Assembly: GCA_044225365.1 (NCBI GenBank)
Contig: JBGAIQ010000007.1
Location: 64,001 to 128,000, forward strand
Direction: 5' to 3'
DNA: 64,000 nt
Source: Planctomycetota bacterium
Lineage (GTDB): Bacteria; Planctomycetota; B15-G4; JADJEK01
Position numbers and translations under genes: made by a program. This document shows, in pieces, positions 18,901-27,775 of the stretch. Within the stretch, counting starts at the first letter, position 1; each line of letters starts with the position of its first letter. Under the pieces are notes generated by a model. It saw nothing but the letters and a program-made list of their open reading frames with translations, ran no database searches and was not told the DNA's origin.

Positions 18901-20083
18901 GGAGTCGAGTGCGCGGGAGTTCGCCCACGAGCGGGCGAGCGTATTCCAGGAACGGATCGAGGACATCGTTCCCGTCGGGATGGATCCACTCTTGGGGGAA
19001 GCTCTTCGTTACCTTGGCAACGCTGTCGAGCGGCGTCACGAAGTACTCTACGGCGTAAGGTGAATTCGATACCCGCCGCATCGCGACGGATCCGCTCTCG
19101 AATGCGCCCGACGTCGCCGCCTTCACGGCTTCCTCACCGACTCGCCGCGCCTCGCGGGCGTCGCTCTCCGAACGCACTCCCACGAACGATCGCTGTAGAT
19201 AACCGAGCGTGTCGGCTCGTACTCGCGCCTCCTTGCCGAGGGCGCGCTTGACGAACGACGCCAGCAGATCTCCGAGCGACCCCGAACCCGAAAGTTGCAC
19301 GTTGCCGTGCGAGTCCTTCTCCGCCGTCTCGCCGAGCAGCTTGCCGCTCGCATCATGGACACCTTCGGATACGGCGACGACGCATCGCCCCCATCGCTCC
19401 ACGATCCGCTTCACGTCCGCTTCGAAGCGGGGTACGTCGAAGACGATTTCCGGCAAGTACACGAGGTGCGGTCCATCACCGGGGCGCGTCCGCGCGAGCG
19501 CCGACGCGGCGGTGAGGAAACCGGCATGCCGCCCCATCACGACGTCGATCTTGACGCCCGGCAAGGACCGATTGTCGAGATCGTCGCCGATGAACGCAGA
19601 CGCGACGAAGCGCGCGGCGGAACCGTAGCCCGGGCAATGATCAGTGACTCGTAGGTCGTTGTCGATCGTCTTCGGGACGTGGAACAACCGCATGGCGTAG
19701 CCGGCCGAATTCGCCATGTTCGAGAGCAGGTGTGCGGTCTCGGCGGAGTCGTTGCCTCCGATGTAGAAGAAGTAGCGAACGTCTCGCTTGCGACAGATGT
19801 CGAGCACTCGACGGCACTCATCCTCGGTCGGTTTCTTGCGAACCGATCCGAGCGCCGCCGCAGGTGTCATCGCGACGGCCTCGAGATCGGTGTCCGACTC
19901 CGCGGAGAGATCGATGAAGTGATCGGCAAGGATGCCCTTCACGGCATGCACACCGCCGAGGACCTGCGGGATGACGCCGCTCCTCTTCGCGGCCTTCACG
20001 ACGCCGACCAGGCTCTCGTTGATCACGACCGTCGGGCCGCCCGACTGGCCAACGATGGCGTTGCCGCGCAGTACGTCGCCCAT
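18887..20083 (-). CDS. pfkA: 6-phosphofructokinase, probably PPi-dependent
   Basis: QSGGPT, YIGGNDS (Asp at the phosphoryl-donor position), PKTIDND, MGRHAG, AVSEG, LGYLQR. Confidence 0.9.
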   Translation of the reverse strand: MGDVLRGNAIVGQSGGPTVVINESLVGVVKAAKRSGVIPQVLGGVHAVKGILADHFIDLSAESDTDLEAVAMTPAAALGSVRKKPTEDECRRVLDICRKRDVRYFFYIGGNDSAETAHLLSNMANSAGYAMRLFHVPKTIDNDLRVTDHCPGYGSAARFVASAFIGDDLDNRSLPGVKIDVVMGRHAGFLTAASALARTRPGDGPHLVYLPEIVFDVPRFEADVKRIVERWGRCVVAVSEGVHDASGKLLGETAEKDSHGNVQLSGSGSLGDLLASFVKRALGKEARVRADTLGYLQRSFVGVRSESDAREARRVGEEAVKAATSGAFESGSVAMRRVSNSPYAVEYFVTPLDSVAKVTKSFPQEWIHPDGNDVLDPFLEYARPLVGELPRTRLLNGR

Positions 20084-20113
20084 GCTCTCCTCGAGTCGAG
20101 CCGCGAGGGCTCC

Positions 20114-21322
20114 TCAGAAATCGTCCGTGCCGTTCGTCTTGTTGTCGCGGCCGGAGTTGTTGCTTCCGCTGTCGATGTAGCCGTCGCTGTCCGTCGCAGT
20201 GTTCAGGAACACGTAGCAGTCATCACCCTGGATCACGATTCCGTTCCCGGAATTGCCCGAGAACTTGTTGGAGCGCAGGGTCACGCGGTTCGCACTCGAG
20301 TCGACGAGTACGCCGTTACCGCCTTGCGATCCGGCCGTGGTCTTCTGGATCGTATTGTCTCGGACACTGCAGCCGTCCGACTTGACTCGCACTCCGGCCC
20401 CGCTGTTGTGGACGATCGTGTTCTGGCGCACATCCACGCCGGATTGATCGTTGTCGATCAGGATCCCGTTTGAATCGTTGTCCTTGATCGTGCATTTCTT
20501 GACGAGGCCACCCGACCAGGTCGTGCTGTCGTTGAGGCCGATCTTGATTCCGACGCCCCCGTTGTTCTGGACGGTGCAGTCGTTGACTTCGCAGGTCCCG
20601 CCGATTCGGATCCCGTCGCCGTCTCCATTCTTCACGGTCACGTTCTTCAAGAGATTGACGAGACCGCTCATGAAGACGCCGGCATCTCCTCCGTTGCTCG
20701 AGACCGTCGAGTTCAGCACCTCCGCGCGGTCGGCTTCGATCCAGATGCTGCGGCCGTCATCTCCCGAGAACGTCGAACTCAGGATCCGATGCGCAGTGCG
20801 GCCAACGATCTTGACGCCGAAGCCACCCTCGTTCTGGGAATCCTCCGACATCGCACCGAACGAGCATTGATTCACGATCACCTCGTCGGTGTTGTCGGCG
20901 TCCACTCCACCGAAATCACCGCTCGCGAAGATCGTCTGCACGAACGCCACGCCGGAACTGTCGCGCACGACGGCCGCGGCGACGCTGTCCGAATGGCTCG
21001 AGCGCAGCTCGAACCCGTCGATCGTCACGAGACTCGCGTTCTCGATGTCGACGCCGCTCGTGATGATCGGTCGCGTCGAAGTGTTGTGTGCGAAGTACAG
21101 CGAGTGCTGGGACGTGCCCGTGAAATCGACGCTGATCTTCTCGTCGTAGATTCCCGGGTTCACGAAGATGAAGTCGTCGACGTCCGGGCTCGCGAGGGCA
21201 GCAGAAATCGCCTGCGAGATCTTGAACGGAGGAGTCACGACGAAATTGGCGGCCCGAGCGACGCTCGGGAGCGCGCTCGCGACGATCGAGGCGAGCACCG
21301 CGGAGAACGAGATGCGGAGCAT
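20114..21322 (-). CDS. Secreted right-handed parallel beta-helix protein
   Basis: Signal peptide; VNPGIYDE; repeated N(N/S)GxGIxI units. Confidence 0.85.
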   Translation of the reverse strand: MLRISFSAVLASIVASALPSVARAANFVVTPPFKISQAISAALASPDVDDFIFVNPGIYDEKISVDFTGTSQHSLYFAHNTSTRPIITSGVDIENASLVTIDGFELRSSHSDSVAAAVVRDSSGVAFVQTIFASGDFGGVDADNTDEVIVNQCSFGAMSEDSQNEGGFGVKIVGRTAHRILSSTFSGDDGRSIWIEADRAEVLNSTVSSNGGDAGVFMSGLVNLLKNVTVKNGDGDGIRIGGTCEVNDCTVQNNGGVGIKIGLNDSTTWSGGLVKKCTIKDNDSNGILIDNDQSGVDVRQNTIVHNSGAGVRVKSDGCSVRDNTIQKTTAGSQGGNGVLVDSSANRVTLRSNKFSGNSGNGIVIQGDDCYVFLNTATDSDGYIDSGSNNSGRDNKTNGTDDF

Positions 21323-21414
21323 GATGTGATTTCCGATGAGCGACCGAGCGATTCGGGACCGCTACACAGGTTGGCGCGCCGACCTCGGTCGAGATCGATG
21401 GAGCGTCGCAGTTC

Positions 21415-23541
21415 CTATTCGTCCCTGCGACTGTGCAGCGTGGGGGCTGGCGTAAAGCGTACCCCAAACCGACCTCGAAAGTCCTCGAGTCTCGCCGCGA
21501 CCACTGCGGCGGTCCGTCGCAGGGTCTCCGCGATCGGGCCACCGCGGAACGGCGGGAAGCCGGCACCGAGCACCATCGCACAGTCGAGGTCGGACGCGTT
21601 CGCTGTGATTCCCTCGGCGAGGGCGAACGCGGCCTCGTTCATCAGGATGAGCATCATCCGTTCGCGAGCATCTTCGTGGGTCGGAGGATCGCGGACGATG
21701 CCGCGCGCCTGGCGCGCGCGATCGAGCAAGTCGTCGAGCCAGGGAGCCGGGACTCGATTCCCGCCGCGTTGGACCCGGATTCCACCGTTCGACTTGTTAC
21801 CGAGTTTCCCGGCCTCTGCCAGGAGCTTGCCGATCAAGGGTCGACCGAGTCGATCGCCGAGGTAGCTCTGAAGACTCGTGGCCGCAGCCGTGGCGACATC
21901 GAGACCCACGGTATCGAGGACCGCGAGCGGACCCATGGCGAATCCGGCATCGAGCATGAGGTCGTCGATCGTGTCGGGAGCAATGCCCTCCTCGAGCAGT
22001 AGGAGAGCCTCCGAAAGATACGGAGCGAGAACGCGATTCACCAAGAAGCCGGGACGGTCCTTCACGACGATCGGCGTCTTGCCGAGATCACGGGCGATCG
22101 CGATCGCTTGCTTGATTCGCGCCGGGTCCGCACCGTCCGGCGCGACGACTTCCACGAGTGGCATCTTGTCGACGGGATTGAAGAAGTGGAGACCGATCAA
22201 TTCGCCGACGGCAAACGACTTCGCCCCCACCTCGGATACGGGCAGTGACGACGTGTTCGTGAAGCAGAGCATCGCGGGGTCGGAGCTCGCCCGGACCTTC
22301 TCGAAGACGGCGTGCTTCACGTCGATGCGCTCGACGACCGCTTCGATGAGACACCGCATCCCTTCGAGACCGGCGATCGCCGTCGACGCGGAGATGCGAT
22401 CGACGGCCGCCCGCGCATCCTTCTCGCTGCGTCTTCCACGCTTCACTTCGTCGTGGAACGACTTCGCGATCCGCCCCATGCCCGCCGCGAGACTCTTCGG
22501 GTCGACGTCGATGAGTCGCACCGATGCACCGCGCGAGAGGACTTGGCGAGCGATTCCCGAACCCATGACGCCGCCGCCGACGACGGCGACCCGATCGCCC
22601 GCGGCGAGTCCGCGCGCGCCGTCCGCGCCCCGCTTGCTCTGTTCCATCGCGAGGAACAGATCGACGAGCTTGTGAGTCTCCTCGCGCGCGAGCAGCTCGC
22701 CGATCGCCGAAGCTTCGCGTCGATATCCTTCGGTCCGATCGAGCTCGAAGGCGCGATCGACGAGATCGAGGACGAGCATCGGTGCGGGATAGAGTCCGCG
22801 CGTCTTCGCGAGCGTCTTCTTGCGGGCCTGCGAGATCACGAAACGGCGAAGGAACGCGATCCGCGACACGAGCGAGGGGATTCCGCCGCGCGCCTTCGCG
22901 TTGCGAGCGGGCTTGCCCTCGGCGAGTTCGATCGCGTATCGCTCGGCTTCCTCGTCGAGCTTGAACGGACACACGACGTCGTCGACGAGCCCCATCCGCT
23001 TCGCGGCCTTCGCGCGCACGCGCTTGCCGGTCAGGATCATGTCCAGCGCCGCGATCACGCCGACTCGCCGCGGCAACCGCTGTGTCCCGCCGAATCCGGG
23101 GACGATACCGAGCAGTACCTCGGGCAGCCCGAGTTCGGTGCGCGGATCGTCCGCTGCGACGATCCCGTGACACGCGAGCACCATCTCGAGTCCACCACCG
23201 AGGCACGCCCCGTGAACGGCGGCAACGATCGGCCGCGTCGATCGCTCGATGCGGGCGAAGATCGACTGCCCCATCGTCGACAGCCGCACGCCCTCGTCGC
23301 GATCCTTGCATCCGGCGATGCGCTGCACGTCGGCGCCGGCGCAGAAACCGCCGCTCTTTCCGCTCTTCAGTACGATTGCACGTACGCCGGGTCGATCGGC
23401 CGTTTGGCCAATCGCATCCGCGAGTTCCGCGAGCACGGGCTCCGAGAGGACGTTCAGCGGGCGATCGGGCACGTCGAGCACGACGAAGGCGATTCCACTC
23501 GGTCGCACCTCGACGCGCACTGCTGGACTCGCGGGCGTCAT
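21415..23541 (-). CDS. fadJ: Fatty acid oxidation complex alpha subunit (enoyl-CoA hydratase/3-hydroxyacyl-CoA dehydrogenase)
   Basis: FCAGAD, GGGLE, LGLPEVLLG..PGFGGTQRLPR, GGGVMG, TNTSSL, HFFNPV, PGFLVNR. Confidence 0.9.
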   Translation of the reverse strand: MTPASPAVRVEVRPSGIAFVVLDVPDRPLNVLSEPVLAELADAIGQTADRPGVRAIVLKSGKSGGFCAGADVQRIAGCKDRDEGVRLSTMGQSIFARIERSTRPIVAAVHGACLGGGLEMVLACHGIVAADDPRTELGLPEVLLGIVPGFGGTQRLPRRVGVIAALDMILTGKRVRAKAAKRMGLVDDVVCPFKLDEEAERYAIELAEGKPARNAKARGGIPSLVSRIAFLRRFVISQARKKTLAKTRGLYPAPMLVLDLVDRAFELDRTEGYRREASAIGELLAREETHKLVDLFLAMEQSKRGADGARGLAAGDRVAVVGGGVMGSGIARQVLSRGASVRLIDVDPKSLAAGMGRIAKSFHDEVKRGRRSEKDARAAVDRISASTAIAGLEGMRCLIEAVVERIDVKHAVFEKVRASSDPAMLCFTNTSSLPVSEVGAKSFAVGELIGLHFFNPVDKMPLVEVVAPDGADPARIKQAIAIARDLGKTPIVVKDRPGFLVNRVLAPYLSEALLLLEEGIAPDTIDDLMLDAGFAMGPLAVLDTVGLDVATAAATSLQSYLGDRLGRPLIGKLLAEAGKLGNKSNGGIRVQRGGNRVPAPWLDDLLDRARQARGIVRDPPTHEDARERMMLILMNEAAFALAEGITANASDLDCAMVLGAGFPPFRGGPIAETLRRTAAVVAARLEDFRGRFGVRFTPAPTLHSRRDE

Positions 23542-24833
23542 CGCGCGCTCTCCACGAACGGGTCCGTTGGATTCTCGACCAGCATGGCGACCCCTTGGCC
23601 ACCGCCGACGCACAACGAGGCGATTCCTCGGCGAAGATTGCGCCGTCTCAGTTCGAGGAGCAATGTGAATGCGATGCGGATCCCGGTCGCGCCCACGGGA
23701 TGACCGAGAGCGATCGCGCCGCCGTTGACGTTGAGACGATCGGAAGGAGGAGCGAGGTCGCCGAGCTGCTTCAAGCAGGCGAGCACCTGCACCGCGAAGG
23801 CCTCGTTGATCTCGAACAAGTCGATGTCCTGCGTCGTGAGTCCGTTGCGCGCGAGGAGCTTGGGAATGGCTACGGCCGGTCCGAGACCCATGCGCCGCGG
23901 ATCGCAACCCACGGTTACGCAATCGCGCACGATCCCGAGCGGAGTGCGGTCGAGCTCGCGCGCTTTCTCCGTGGAAGCGACGACGAGCGCTGCGGCTCCA
24001 TCCGTGAGCTGACACGCGTTTCCGACGGTCACCGTCCCGAACCTGCGGTCGAACACCGGCCGCAACCGTGCGAGGCGCTCGGGAGTGGAGTCCGTACGCG
24101 GCCCATCGTCCGCGATCGCAACACTCGAGAAGCGAGGCGGAACGAGGAACGGCGTGATCTCCTCGGCCAGGACGCCCGCCTGTTGCGCGGCAATCGCGCG
24201 CGAATGACTTTGCGCGGCGAAGTCGTCTTGCGCCTCGCGGGGGATCGCGAGTTCACGCGCGAGCACCTCGGCAGTATCGCCCATGATCAACCCGGAGATC
24301 GGATCGGTGAGCGCGCCCATGAGGGTCGGGCGCGGCAGCAGATCCGCGAGCCTCATCCGTGCGATCGCACGCAACTTCGCGAGCGCACCCTTCGCGCGAC
24401 CGAGTTCGATCATGCTTCGGGTTCCGGCTCGCCGCATCTGGAACGGAGCATCGGTCATCGACTCCGCGCCGCCCACCAACCACGGTCCGTCCTGTCCCGC
24501 CGCGACTCGCAATCTCGCCTGATCGATTGCCTCGAGCCCCGACGCGCAATTGCGATGGACCGTGAAAGCGGGCACGCTCTCGGGGATTCCCGCTCGAAGC
24601 GCGGCAACGCGTGCGACATTCATGGCGTCGAGCGGTTGGCCGGCGCAACCCAGCACGACTTCTTCGAGGGCGGATGCAGGCAGTCGAGCACGAACGAGTG
24701 CTTCGATGAAGACGACCCGTGCGAGATCGTCCACGGTCACACCAACGAGTTGACCGAACGACCGCAGGAACGGAGTCCGAACGCCGGAAAGGATCGCGAG
24801 TGGCCGCGAGCGAGCCTGTCGTGTCCCGCTCAT
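23538..24833 (-). CDS. fadI: Acetyl-CoA C-acyltransferase (thiolase)
   Basis: NCASG, GGAESM, EINEAFA, NGGAIALGHPVGATG, LCVGGG; overlaps the fadJ start. Confidence 0.9.
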   Translation of the reverse strand: MSGTRQARSRPLAILSGVRTPFLRSFGQLVGVTVDDLARVVFIEALVRARLPASALEEVVLGCAGQPLDAMNVARVAALRAGIPESVPAFTVHRNCASGLEAIDQARLRVAAGQDGPWLVGGAESMTDAPFQMRRAGTRSMIELGRAKGALAKLRAIARMRLADLLPRPTLMGALTDPISGLIMGDTAEVLARELAIPREAQDDFAAQSHSRAIAAQQAGVLAEEITPFLVPPRFSSVAIADDGPRTDSTPERLARLRPVFDRRFGTVTVGNACQLTDGAAALVVASTEKARELDRTPLGIVRDCVTVGCDPRRMGLGPAVAIPKLLARNGLTTQDIDLFEINEAFAVQVLACLKQLGDLAPPSDRLNVNGGAIALGHPVGATGIRIAFTLLLELRRRNLRRGIASLCVGGGQGVAMLVENPTDPFVESAR

Positions 24834-25381
24834 CCTTCGTACACCTCGGGCGGAACGACGGCGATGTACGGCAGGTTCCGATAATGCTCGGCGTAGTCGA
24901 GCCCGTAGCCGACGATGAACACGTCCGGGATATCGAATGCGAAGTAGTTCGCTTCGTGCTCGACGGCGCGCGGCTTCTTCTTGTCGACGAGGACACACGT
25001 CTTGACCGACGCGGCGCCCGCCTTCGTGACCGCGGAAGCGATCGCGTGGAGCGTGCGCCCGGAGTCGAGGATGTCGTCGACGATCAGGACGTGCCGCCCC
25101 TCCAGCGACGATTCGAGAGGACCCACCACGACGTTGCCGCTCGACGTCGTGCGATCGCCGTACGACGACGCTCGCAGGAACTCGAGCTTGAGCGGGATGG
25201 GCATGCTCTTCAGCAGGTCGACGAGGAAGAAGACGCTGCCCTTCAAGACTCCGAGCACCGTGAGCGACTGTCCTCGATAGTCCGCGGTGATCTTCGCTCC
25301 GAGGTCGCGGACTTTCTCCTGGATCCGGTCGGCCTCGATCAGCACTTTGAGGCGGTCGTCATGAGAATCTTCTGCGAGCAC
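24830..25381 (-). CDS. hpt: Hypoxanthine phosphoribosyltransferase
   Basis: GVLKGS, VLIVDDILDSGRTL, FIVGYGLDY..YRNLPYI. Confidence 0.95.
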   Translation of the reverse strand: MLAEDSHDDRLKVLIEADRIQEKVRDLGAKITADYRGQSLTVLGVLKGSVFFLVDLLKSMPIPLKLEFLRASSYGDRTTSSGNVVVGPLESSLEGRHVLIVDDILDSGRTLHAIASAVTKAGAASVKTCVLVDKKKPRAVEHEANYFAFDIPDVFIVGYGLDYAEHYRNLPYIAVVPPEVYEG

Positions 25382-25427
25382 GCGTGTCGCCCTCCGTTGT
25401 GAGCGCCTACGAACCGCTCCGCCGACG

Positions 25428-26750
25428 TCACGGGGAACCCTGCCAGCGATACACTTCACCGTCATCGGTGCTCAGGATCACGGGGTTCTCGAACTCGCCG
25501 GCATCGAGCAGATTGCCGCGCAGGACCAAGGTCGCCTGCGACTTCCATCGCGCATCGTAGACCTCGACGGCCCCCCCGAGAGTCGGCAACAGGAATCCTT
25601 TGCCATCGAGGATCGGCCGACTCACGGGGGTTTCCTTGGTCTGGAAATGGAAGACGGTTTTTCCGGTCGCGCTCTGGAACACGAACGCGCGGCCGTTCGC
25701 GAAGACGGCAAGCACTTCCGTGCCCCGTTGGGTTGCACCGACGAATGGGGAGTAACCGTGCGCCCGCCAACGCTCTTCGCCCGTCTCGATGTCGAGCGCG
25801 GCGAGATCCCCCACGGCCGTCGGAACGAGGACCAGCGTCGGCGTTCCGTCGACCCGCAGCAGCGGCTCGGTCACCGACCCGAAGATCTGCTTGTGCCACA
25901 ATTCCGTTCCCCGCGCGAGATCGATCCGTACGACGAGGCCGCGTTGATCGCAGAGCACTGCCGAGCCGCCGTTGAGAAGAGGCGTCCCGAGTCCGAGCCC
26001 CGGCACGGCGCGGTACGCGATCTTCGAACCGAGGGTCGCAGGATCGCAAGCGATGACGAGCCCGGAGGTGGTGACGCCGTAGACCGTCGCACCGTCGGTC
26101 GCGAGAGGCGCGGTGATCATCCCGGGCGGATGCGCGGTCGAGCGCACGCTTCCACTGACGATGTCGAGTGCGACGAGATCGCCGTTGCGAAGCGGCGCGA
26201 TCAGCCGATTCTTTGCCAAGACCCCGCGCGCGGCGAACGGACTGCCGAGCTTCATCGACCACGCCACGCTGCCATCGACGAGGTTGAGCGCCGTGACGTC
26301 GCCGGTGTTCGACGCCGCATACACGCGCGTTGCGTCGTGGATCGCTGCGGCGATTGCGGTGCTGTTCTGATCGACTCCCCAGCGCAATCGCAGATCGGCC
26401 GCGAGACTGCCCGGCTCGACGGGCGGTTGCTCGCGTTGCAGTCGTTCGTTGCGGCGATCGGTTTGCGGATCGACACCGGGCGGGAGCGCGGGCCCGGGAG
26501 GAGCCCCGGGTCCCTTGGGGGGGCCGAGCGGAAAGCCGGGTTTCGGCGGATTCGAGCCAAGCGGGGTCTGGGGTGGCGGAACCGGCTTGTTCCCACCGCC
26601 GGCGCCATTGCCCGCTCCACCCGACCCACCTTGATTGCCGTTCCCGCCGCCGGCCCCCGATCCTCCGGTGCCGGTACCCGCGGCAACGGCCGCCGCGCAG
26701 AGCAGCGAGAGCACGACGAAGGGAAGCAGACGCAATGGCTTCGGGTTCAT
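25428..26750 (-). CDS. Secreted PQQ-type beta-propeller (BamB-like) protein with Gly/Pro-rich linker
   Basis: Signal peptide; ALNLVDGSVAW, IDLARGTELW and ALDIETGEERW repeats. Confidence 0.8.
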   Translation of the reverse strand: MNPKPLRLLPFVVLSLLCAAAVAAGTGTGGSGAGGGNGNQGGSGGAGNGAGGGNKPVPPPQTPLGSNPPKPGFPLGPPKGPGAPPGPALPPGVDPQTDRRNERLQREQPPVEPGSLAADLRLRWGVDQNSTAIAAAIHDATRVYAASNTGDVTALNLVDGSVAWSMKLGSPFAARGVLAKNRLIAPLRNGDLVALDIVSGSVRSTAHPPGMITAPLATDGATVYGVTTSGLVIACDPATLGSKIAYRAVPGLGLGTPLLNGGSAVLCDQRGLVVRIDLARGTELWHKQIFGSVTEPLLRVDGTPTLVLVPTAVGDLAALDIETGEERWRAHGYSPFVGATQRGTEVLAVFANGRAFVFQSATGKTVFHFQTKETPVSRPILDGKGFLLPTLGGAVEVYDARWKSQATLVLRGNLLDAGEFENPVILSTDDGEVYRWQGSP

Positions 26751-27012
26751 GGTGCGAGGAGGCCTTTCTGACGCGCCCTGGACGCGCGCGCATCGCCCGA
26801 ACTCCCGATCGCGCAACTTGCGAGATCGAAGAGGTCGAGCGAGTGACGAATAGGATCGCCGCGAACGTCGACCCCCGCCAGCTCCATTCTCGTCCACCTG
26901 CGCGGAGGCCGGTCAACCCCGGCCCAAGTGGCCGCGGGGGATCCGAGACTCTCCGCACGGAGTCCGTCGCATTGGAGCGGGGTGAGCGCGAGAGCGCACA
27001 CCCCAGGCGAGG

Positions 27013-27324
27013 TCACTCGTCGTCGAACGAGACGTCTTCGTCTTCGTCCTCGTCTTCGTCCTCTTCTTCCTCATCGTCATCTTCGTCGTCGTCACCGAAG
27101 TCGTCGAACTCTTCGTCTTCGTCGCCGACGACGTCTGCTTCCTCGTCGTCGAACGAGGCTTCGCCCTCTTCCTCACCTTCGTCCTCGGGGAGCAGTTCTT
27201 CGAGTTCGTCCTCGTCGAACGTCGCGCCGCAGTCCGGGCAGGCCTTGTAGGAACGGATGTAGTCGATGTCGTCCGTCTCGTCGAAGGACGTTCCGCAGTA
27301 CGGACAATCGAACTGCACGGCCAT
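27013..27324 (-). CDS. Zinc-ribbon protein with long Asp/Glu tail
   Basis: CPYC...CPDC followed by an acidic tail; RBS GAGAGGA. Confidence 0.8.
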   Translation of the reverse strand: MAVQFDCPYCGTSFDETDDIDYIRSYKACPDCGATFDEDELEELLPEDEGEEEGEASFDDEEADVVGDEDEEFDDFGDDDEDDDEEEEDEDEDEDEDVSFDDE

Positions 27325-27502
27325 GCGCGAAATCCTCTCTCGCCTCGCGAATCGCCGAGGACCAGACTCCAGAACTCGCGGAATTCGCGGTGGCGGGCAG
27401 TGAAAGCTGCTTCACCTGCGAACCTTCCACCGCGTTCGATTCGTGTCGAATTTCGGGTGCGCGAGATTCCGGAACTACCGCCTCAGACGGGAAACGGGCC
27501 CG

Positions 27503-27530
27503 GTTCTACACGTGGGAGTCCGCGTGTCAA
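27503..27530 (-). promoter_or_regulatory. Putative sigma-70 promoter TTGACA-N16-TAGAAC
   Basis: Perfect -35 hexamer and partial -10, oriented toward the acidic Zn-ribbon gene. Confidence 0.45.
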
Positions 27531-27775
27531 GTACATCCCCCGCACCGACTCCTTGCCGTCGATCGTTTCATTGGCGATTCGCACCCGCAATTCGATTCAC
27601 GTTCCACGCCACGAACAGCTTGCGATCGAAGTCTGGCTTCGTTGTGCTACGCTTCTGCCCTCGGGACAGCGACTTTCCGATCGCACCTGCGCGTACGGAT
27701 CTCGTCTCTCGAGGACGACGCCGGCGGGTGTGTACTCAGCGATTCGATCGATCGTTTCGATGACGCGAGGAAACC

